Positions 26,109 through 32,000 of a DNA stretch of 32,000 nucleotides are shown here, piece after piece. A program made the position numbers and the translations under genes. The stretch lies in assembly GCF_000009705.1 (NCBI RefSeq), contig NC_003267.1, positions 69,966 through 101,965 on the forward strand, written 5' to 3'. The notes under the pieces are model-generated. The model was not told the DNA's origin and did not search any database. It saw only the letters and a list, made by a program, of their open reading frames with translations. Origin of the DNA: Nostoc sp. PCC 7120 = FACHB-418. GTDB lineage: Bacteria; Cyanobacteriota; Cyanobacteriia; Cyanobacteriales; Nostocaceae. Position 1 is the first letter of the stretch. Every line of letters begins with the position of its first letter.

Positions 26109-26670
26109 TTTAAAGCTAGGCTTTGTGTCCCAAATTGGGATATAAGGTTACGTAAAGAGACATTCTCAAAATCACAATTTACTTTTTGGTGTGTGGCTTT
26201 GTTTCTAAGGCTTAGTGTTAGCTTTGAATAATTTCAGCTTTGTAGAGTAATTTAAACAGCGATCGCGCCCGTAACAAAAAATAAGTTAACACTTTTAGAT
26301 TGAAGAAGTTGATCTTCAGCCTCTTCGATTTCCTTCATCTGTCTCAGGGTAAGCTTTTCAGGTTTTTTGATGAGTTTCATATCTATAAAAGTATCAAAGG
26401 GATGGAGAAAAAAGAAACTGTCGCCCTGATGTAGTTGAGTGCTGAAAAATTGCACAGAATAAATAAGATACAGCAATTCTGTGGAAAATACGAGTGTTTT
26501 ACTAAGCAATTTACAGAATCGGTCAATAGTTGAATTCCCCTTCACGCTTAATCCAATTGTATTACTCCATTACATTCAGCTAAACAATTACCCCATAAAT
26601 TCATTTAATAATGATATTAACGCCGAAATACTTACAATTACAAACCTGAAAAAATAATTTAAATGTTATT

Positions 26671-27297
26671 TTAAGTTTGTGGTATTGCTTGGACAATCAT
26701 CATTCCCCATACAACATTAAAACGAAATTTAGCTGCACGCTCAATATCAAACTGTGTAGATGTTAGTAAATTATGAAACTCTTTTTGGGTGTAACACTGC
26801 TTGTAAGCAGGGTCAACAAGCTTCAATATAAAATCACATATATTACAGGATAAATAATCCTTGCACCAATCTAAAATAAATAGTTTTCCTTGTGGCTTTA
26901 GAACACGTTTTATTTCCATCAATGCAGCATGAGGATCATCAAAATAATGAAACACGCTGGCAGATACAATTACATCAAAACTATTATTCTCAAAAGGTAA
27001 GTTTGATACACTTACATTATGAAATGAAACTTGAGAATAAGCATGACATTTCTGTTGAGCTACAAGGAGCATTTTTTCAGAAATATCTACTCCAATAATT
27101 ACTTGTTGTGGGTTTTCTGTTAATAATAACAGTTCTAATCCCCCTGTTCCACAGCCAACATCAAGCACTGTTGCTTCTGGCGCAATCTCTGCCCAATTTT
27201 TTAGAACAGATAGTGTCTTGGTAATGTAAGTATTCCAACGCTGGTCATATAAATCTGCAATCTGGTTATACTGTTTACGAATTACAGCCTCACTCAT
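26671..27297 (-). CDS. class I SAM-dependent methyltransferase
   Basis: Motif I is VLDVGCGTGGLELLL. The post-I/II layout is typical of the Methyltransf_11/25 (UbiE-like) fold. Confidence 0.85.
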   Translation of the reverse strand: MSEAVIRKQYNQIADLYDQRWNTYITKTLSVLKNWAEIAPEATVLDVGCGTGGLELLLLTENPQQVIIGVDISEKMLLVAQQKCHAYSQVSFHNVSVSNLPFENNSFDVIVSASVFHYFDDPHAALMEIKRVLKPQGKLFILDWCKDYLSCNICDFILKLVDPAYKQCYTQKEFHNLLTSTQFDIERAAKFRFNVVWGMMIVQAIPQT

Positions 27298-27435
27298 AGC
27301 TATATTTTTTACTGGATGGTGGATATCAATAGAGTTATATCTGTCTTATCAAGCCGCTCTACATTAACAAGAATTGGAGGTTGAGGGTTGATATTTGAGA
27401 CAGTAATCCTTGGATATATATTTTTAATACCTAGT

Positions 27436-28338
27436 TCAACATGAAACAATGTTATCTAAATTTAAAGTTGATTCATGTAATAATATTTGAATAAATTGGT
27501 GGACTGGACTATCTAAAGATAAACTGCTGCGCCATATGACAAATAATTCTTTGCGTAGGGTTTTGCTATCTACATCTATAGAAATGGCGCGTAGTAACCC
27601 TGATTGTACTTCTTGTGTAACTGATTTTGACAGCACAATTGAAACTCCTAACCCTGCTTGTACGGCTCGTTTGACAGCTTCTGTGCTACCTAATTCCATA
27701 GAAATTCGCATCTTGTGAACTTGCTCACCAAAGAATCGTTGCAGCAAGCGTCGAGTACCTGTTCCTTTTTCTCCGCCTAACATTTCGATATTTTCTAGAT
27801 AGGCTTTGGGTACTTTCGTCAAGTTCCGCCAAGGATGATTCGGTGGCACTATGAGAACAAGCTCTTCATTTTGCCATAGTTGAGCTATAAAACCAGGACG
27901 ATGATCCCACCACTCCATCAGGGCGATGTCTACTAATCCAGTTTCTAGCTTGTCAGCGATCGCCGGATTAGTATCAATTACTAAATCAACCGCATAGGAG
28001 TTAGCATACTGTTCCAAGTGATATTTCAAATATGGTGGTAAGAGATATATACCAATATTAGAACTTGCCCCAATGATCAATTTTGTGGATTTTAGGGCGG
28101 AAATTGCTCTTTGTGTCACCAAAACTAGACTTTCGGCATAGGGAAGTAATTTTTGTGCCGCAGGAGTCAATTGATTACCCTTGCGATCGCGGATAATCAG
28201 CTGAGTGTTCAGAGATGCTTCTAACTTTTTAATGTGTTGTGAGACAGCAGGTTGAGAAATTCCCAGTTGTTTGGCGGCTTGGCGAAAACTTCCTGTGTGG
28301 ACAACGGCTAAAAAACTTTCTACGTACTCGAAATTCAT
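27436..28338 (-). CDS. LysR-family transcriptional regulator, ptxE-like by position
   Basis: Full-length 300 aa. The wHTH is FLAVVHTGSFRQAAKQLGISQPAVSQHIKKLE. It lies immediately downstream of ptxD, as ptxE does in Pseudomonas stutzeri ptxABCDE. Confidence 0.85.
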   Translation of the reverse strand: MNFEYVESFLAVVHTGSFRQAAKQLGISQPAVSQHIKKLEASLNTQLIIRDRKGNQLTPAAQKLLPYAESLVLVTQRAISALKSTKLIIGASSNIGIYLLPPYLKYHLEQYANSYAVDLVIDTNPAIADKLETGLVDIALMEWWDHRPGFIAQLWQNEELVLIVPPNHPWRNLTKVPKAYLENIEMLGGEKGTGTRRLLQRFFGEQVHKMRISMELGSTEAVKRAVQAGLGVSIVLSKSVTQEVQSGLLRAISIDVDSKTLRKELFVIWRSSLSLDSPVHQFIQILLHESTLNLDNIVSC

Positions 28339-28343
28339 AGGTG

Positions 28344-28385
28344 GAGGCAGGAGGCAGGGAGCAGGGGGTAGGGGAGCAGGGGGAG
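28344..28385. repeat. STRR-like degenerate heptamer tandem repeat / G-run tract between ptxD and the LysR gene
   Basis: The + strand reads GAGGCAG GAGGCAG GGAGCAG GGGGTAG GGGAGCA GGGGGAG. Four G3-5 runs with 2-4 nt loops lie at 28357-28383. Confidence 0.7.
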
Positions 28386-28410
28386 AATAATCTTAGTCCC
28401 TAATCACCAG

Positions 28411-29409
28411 TCAAGATTCCCTAAGATAATTAACTGCTCCCTGTGGCTTTTGTCCTTGCAGGGCTTGCAGAATATTTTGGGCGGCTTCTAGGGCAATGTT
28501 GTGCCGTAGTTCGTCAACGGCAGATCCAATATGTGGAGTGAAGAAGGTTTGCTTGGTATTTTCTAATAATGGCTGGGGTATATTGTGAGGGCGATCGCTA
28601 CGATACCAGTCTTCCATTTCAAATACATCAGCAGCGTAGCCTGCTAAGTGTCCTGATTCTAAAGCTTTACATACAGCCTGTTCATCTACGACTGAACCAC
28701 GACAGGGGTTAATTAAAAAGCTGCCTGGTTTCATTTTGGCTAAGGTGTTGGCGTTGATTAAATGCAATGTTGCTGGTTGCAGAGGTACTACCAACACCAC
28801 AAAATCACTTGACTCAATTAAAGTCTCAAAAGGGACTCGTGATATATTCCCAGTTGCCTCTTGTTCTGGAGGTAACGCCACCGGATCGCTATAGAGTAAC
28901 TGCATCTCAAAACCCGCCAGCCGCCCTGCGATCGCCTTGCCTAATGCACCCATACCAACAATTCCCAAGGTGCGATTTGCTAGCCCTAAACTGTAAAATT
29001 GAGGCCGCCACCCAGTAAATTTACCTGTGCGAATGAAGCGATCGCCTTCTAACATCTGTCTTCCTAACCCAATTAATAACCCAATGGTAATTTCGGCCGT
29101 AGGTGCAGACAATAAAGAAGGCACAATAGTAAACCAGATACCGCGATGGGTACAGGCTGCAACATCAAAATTATCGTAGCCTTTGAGAGCAGCCGCAATT
29201 ATTTTCAATTTGGGACATTCCCGCAGAAAAGCCTCATCAATGGTGTCTGGCATAAATACCATAAGAGCCTCTGCGTCTTTTGCCCGTTGCAGAATTTCCT
29301 CACGGGATAAAGCCTCTTTACTGGGATTAGCAATCACCTCACAACTAGGTTTGAGCAGTTCAATCACTTCGGGATGTACCCAATTAGTAATCACAACCTT
29401 TGGTTTCAT
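28411..29409 (-). CDS. ptxD: NAD-dependent phosphite dehydrogenase
   Basis: It resembles P. stutzeri PtxD throughout: [73 protein letters not shown]. The start at 29409 is preferred because a GAGGA sequence sits 7-8 nt upstream, overlapping the ptxC stop. Confidence 0.9.
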   Translation of the reverse strand: MKPKVVITNWVHPEVIELLKPSCEVIANPSKEALSREEILQRAKDAEALMVFMPDTIDEAFLRECPKLKIIAAALKGYDNFDVAACTHRGIWFTIVPSLLSAPTAEITIGLLIGLGRQMLEGDRFIRTGKFTGWRPQFYSLGLANRTLGIVGMGALGKAIAGRLAGFEMQLLYSDPVALPPEQEATGNISRVPFETLIESSDFVVLVVPLQPATLHLINANTLAKMKPGSFLINPCRGSVVDEQAVCKALESGHLAGYAADVFEMEDWYRSDRPHNIPQPLLENTKQTFFTPHIGSAVDELRHNIALEAAQNILQALQGQKPQGAVNYLRES

Positions 29410-29420
29410 TGGGTATATCC

Positions 29421-30230
29421 TCAAGCTAACCGTCTGCGTAAATAGCCACTGAAACTGTCCACCAGTGTCACCATTACCAAAATTACCAGCAGGATTGCTG
29501 AAACTTCCTGATAGTTAATGATGCGTAACGCACCAATCAATTCAAAACCTATACCGCCTGCTCCCACTGCCCCCATGATAGTAGAAGCACGAAAGTTATA
29601 TTCCCAACGATATAAGGTTACATCTAGCATTTGTGGTAAAACTTGCGGCAAAACACTGTGATAAATCACCTGAGTCTTGTTTGCACCCGCAGCCTGTGCA
29701 GCTTCTATCGGTGCAGGGTGGACGTGTTCAATGTACTCAGCAAAGAATTTACCCACCATCCCCACCGAATGTAACCCTACAGCTAACGCTCCCGGTAACG
29801 CACCAAACCCCACCGCCGCCACCAGAATAATCCCCATAATCAGTTCTGGTACAGATCGTAAACCATTGAGAATCAGACGTGCTACCTGAAATGCTAGCCA
29901 ATGGGGTGTAGTATTACCCGCCGCCAATAGTGATAATGGTAGAGAAAAGGAAACCGCGATCGCTGTGGCGGCGATACTCATGGCCAGAGTGTCAAATAGT
30001 GGCTTAATCCAGTTGCTGGCTGTACTAAAATCAGGTGGTAGCATCTGGCGAATTAAATTCACCCCACTGGGGACACCTTTAGCCAACCTTTCCCAATCTA
30101 AAAGACCAACCAAAAAGAAGGATATCAGCACAATTACCACAACAACAGCTACTTGCATTAAGCGATGATATCTCTGCTGTCGTTGTTGTTTTAATAAGAT
30201 TTCAAATTTGTGATAGGTATTTGTTGTCAT
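29421..30230 (-). CDS. ptxC: phosphite/phosphonate ABC transporter permease (PhnE-type)
   Basis: 269 aa with multiple TM segments. The EAA loop is [25 protein letters not shown]. Confidence 0.85.
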   Translation of the reverse strand: MTTNTYHKFEILLKQQRQQRYHRLMQVAVVVVIVLISFFLVGLLDWERLAKGVPSGVNLIRQMLPPDFSTASNWIKPLFDTLAMSIAATAIAVSFSLPLSLLAAGNTTPHWLAFQVARLILNGLRSVPELIMGIILVAAVGFGALPGALAVGLHSVGMVGKFFAEYIEHVHPAPIEAAQAAGANKTQVIYHSVLPQVLPQMLDVTLYRWEYNFRASTIMGAVGAGGIGFELIGALRIINYQEVSAILLVILVMVTLVDSFSGYLRRRLA

Positions 30231-30236
30231 GACATT

Positions 30237-31193
<957 letters not shown>

Positions 31194-31211
31194 TCAAAGT
31201 AGTATGTATTC

Positions 31212-32000
31212 TTAGTTACTGGCTATGGGGTATTGGTTACTGGGAATATCATCGAAATGAATATTCTCGGCGTTGCCATAGATGCGATTCAGTTCGCACT
31301 CCTCTATGTCTGCGGCACTACCATCAAAAACTATGCGACCTTGAGATATGCCAACTATCCTATCTGCATAAGCTTTGGCTAAATCTACTTGGTGCAGGCT
31401 CATAATCGCTGCAATCCCATCTTCCTGACAAATTTGACGCAGAAAAGAAATTACTTTGTGGGAACTAGCAGGATCAAGACTCGCTACTGGTTCATCTGCC
31501 AGCATTAATCTTGGTTGTTGCGCCAATGCACGCGCAATTCCTACCCGTTGTTGTTGACCACCACTGAGATTATCTACTCGTGCTAAAGCTTTACTCAAAA
31601 GTCCTACTCTGTCTAAACACTCCAAGGCTATATATTTGTCAGCTTTGGGTAATGGGAAAAAGCTCCTCACGGTTGAGTGATAGGCTAAACGACCAGTCAA
31701 CACATTTTGCAGTGCAGTTTGTCTAGCAATTAACTGGTGTTGCTGAAAAATCATCCCTGTGCGCTGGCGATGTTGATGCAATACCTTGGGGTCATTGATC
31801 TGACGGTATCCTTCTATTGTGATAGTCCCTGCTGTTGGTTGGATTAGTCCATTTAAACACCGGAGCAATGTTGATTTACCTGAACCAGAAGCTCCCAAGA
31901 TGACTGTAAACTCTCCTGGGTTGAAGTTTAAAGAAACCGCCTGGAGGGCTTGGACTCCGCCAGGATAAGTTACACTCAAGCACTCAAGCTGAATCATCAT
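31212..32000 (-). CDS. ptxA: phosphite/phosphonate ABC transporter ATP-binding protein (PhnC-type)
   Basis: Walker A is GASGSGKST, the signature is LSGGQQQR and Walker B is LMLADEP. The ATG is the last codon of the window (32000-31998), so the promoter lies outside it. Confidence 0.85.
   Translation of the reverse strand: MMIQLECLSVTYPGGVQALQAVSLNFNPGEFTVILGASGSGKSTLLRCLNGLIQPTAGTITIEGYRQINDPKVLHQHRQRTGMIFQQHQLIARQTALQNVLTGRLAYHSTVRSFFPLPKADKYIALECLDRVGLLSKALARVDNLSGGQQQRVGIARALAQQPRLMLADEPVASLDPASSHKVISFLRQICQEDGIAAIMSLHQVDLAKAYADRIVGISQGRIVFDGSAADIEECELNRIYGNAENIHFDDIPSNQYPIASN

Noticed and set aside
8815-29424. ORF-track start codons at 8815 (DJ-1/PfpI), 20250 (autotransporter, TTG), 29424 (ptxD), 2440 (ISAs1) and 8882 (LysR fragment).
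   Set aside because: Internal ATGs at 8842, 20220, 29409, 2401 and 8759 fit better with family N-termini, a signal peptide, an upstream GAGGA or the intergenic layout. The extensions are probably artefacts of longest-ORF calling.
155-30168. Short ORFs lying antisense to or out of frame within stronger genes. They are 155-346, 1302-1493, 1872-2135, 2104-2304, 2235-2420, 2760-3080, 4803-4985, 6985-7167, 7304-7516, 8089-8310, 8942-9283, 11140-11388, 11759-11986, 13356-13604, 14857-15051, 15887-16174, 17192-17377, 18869-19162, 19397-19615, 19910-20095, 20583-20780, 20814-20999, 21245-21457, 22064-22282, 22279-22461, 23038-23223, 23373-23658, 23906-24121, 24603-24788, 26892-27098, 27536-27718, 28767-29018, 29183-29452, 29633-29889 and 29965-30168.
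   Set aside because: Each is fully embedded in a longer ORF that has clear family motifs. Their translations are low-complexity or hydrophobic with no recognisable domain.

Overview
The window looks like a chromosomal segment from a filamentous (Nostocales-like) cyanobacterium. It is AT-rich, carries more than a dozen HIP1 palindromes (GCGATCGC, e.g. 3116, 9117, 9732, 23045, 25928, 26263, 28595, 29040, 31166), has an STRR-like heptamer repeat, and has GAGACG...CGTCTC terminator hairpins. All calls come from reading the ORF translations and the DNA by eye. No similarity search was run.

Contents from left to right:
- A small hypothetical protein, then an ISAs1-family transposase killed by one in-frame TAA.
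- A GNAT acetyltransferase and a membrane-anchored GHL10-like glycosidase.
- An IS200/IS605-type element with divergent tnpA and tnpB. Its tnpB is split by a nested 1313-bp ISAzo13-like IS. The whole element abuts a truncated LysR gene.
- A DJ-1/PfpI plus F420-reductase-like gene pair.
- An SF2 DEAH helicase with a zinc ribbon, and a PD-(D/E)XK nuclease-like gene.
- rsgA.
- A 1487-aa inverse autotransporter whose passenger is a parallel beta-helix array containing a ~99% identical 1014-bp tandem duplication.
- A Tat-dependent PhoX phosphatase.
- A ~4-kb accessory islet: an orphan AAA ATPase, an Rpn-like PD-(D/E)XK/DUF4351 gene with a partial paralog, and an orphan antitoxin.
- A SAM methyltransferase and a complete phosphite-oxidation locus, ptxABCD plus a LysR regulator.

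No rRNA, tRNA or CRISPR array was seen. The items most worth follow-up are the IS605/TnpB element with matched end hairpins and a candidate TAM, the beta-helix inverse autotransporter with its recent internal duplication, the accessory islet between two phosphorus-scavenging loci, and a promoter-to-terminator defined small-RNA candidate.
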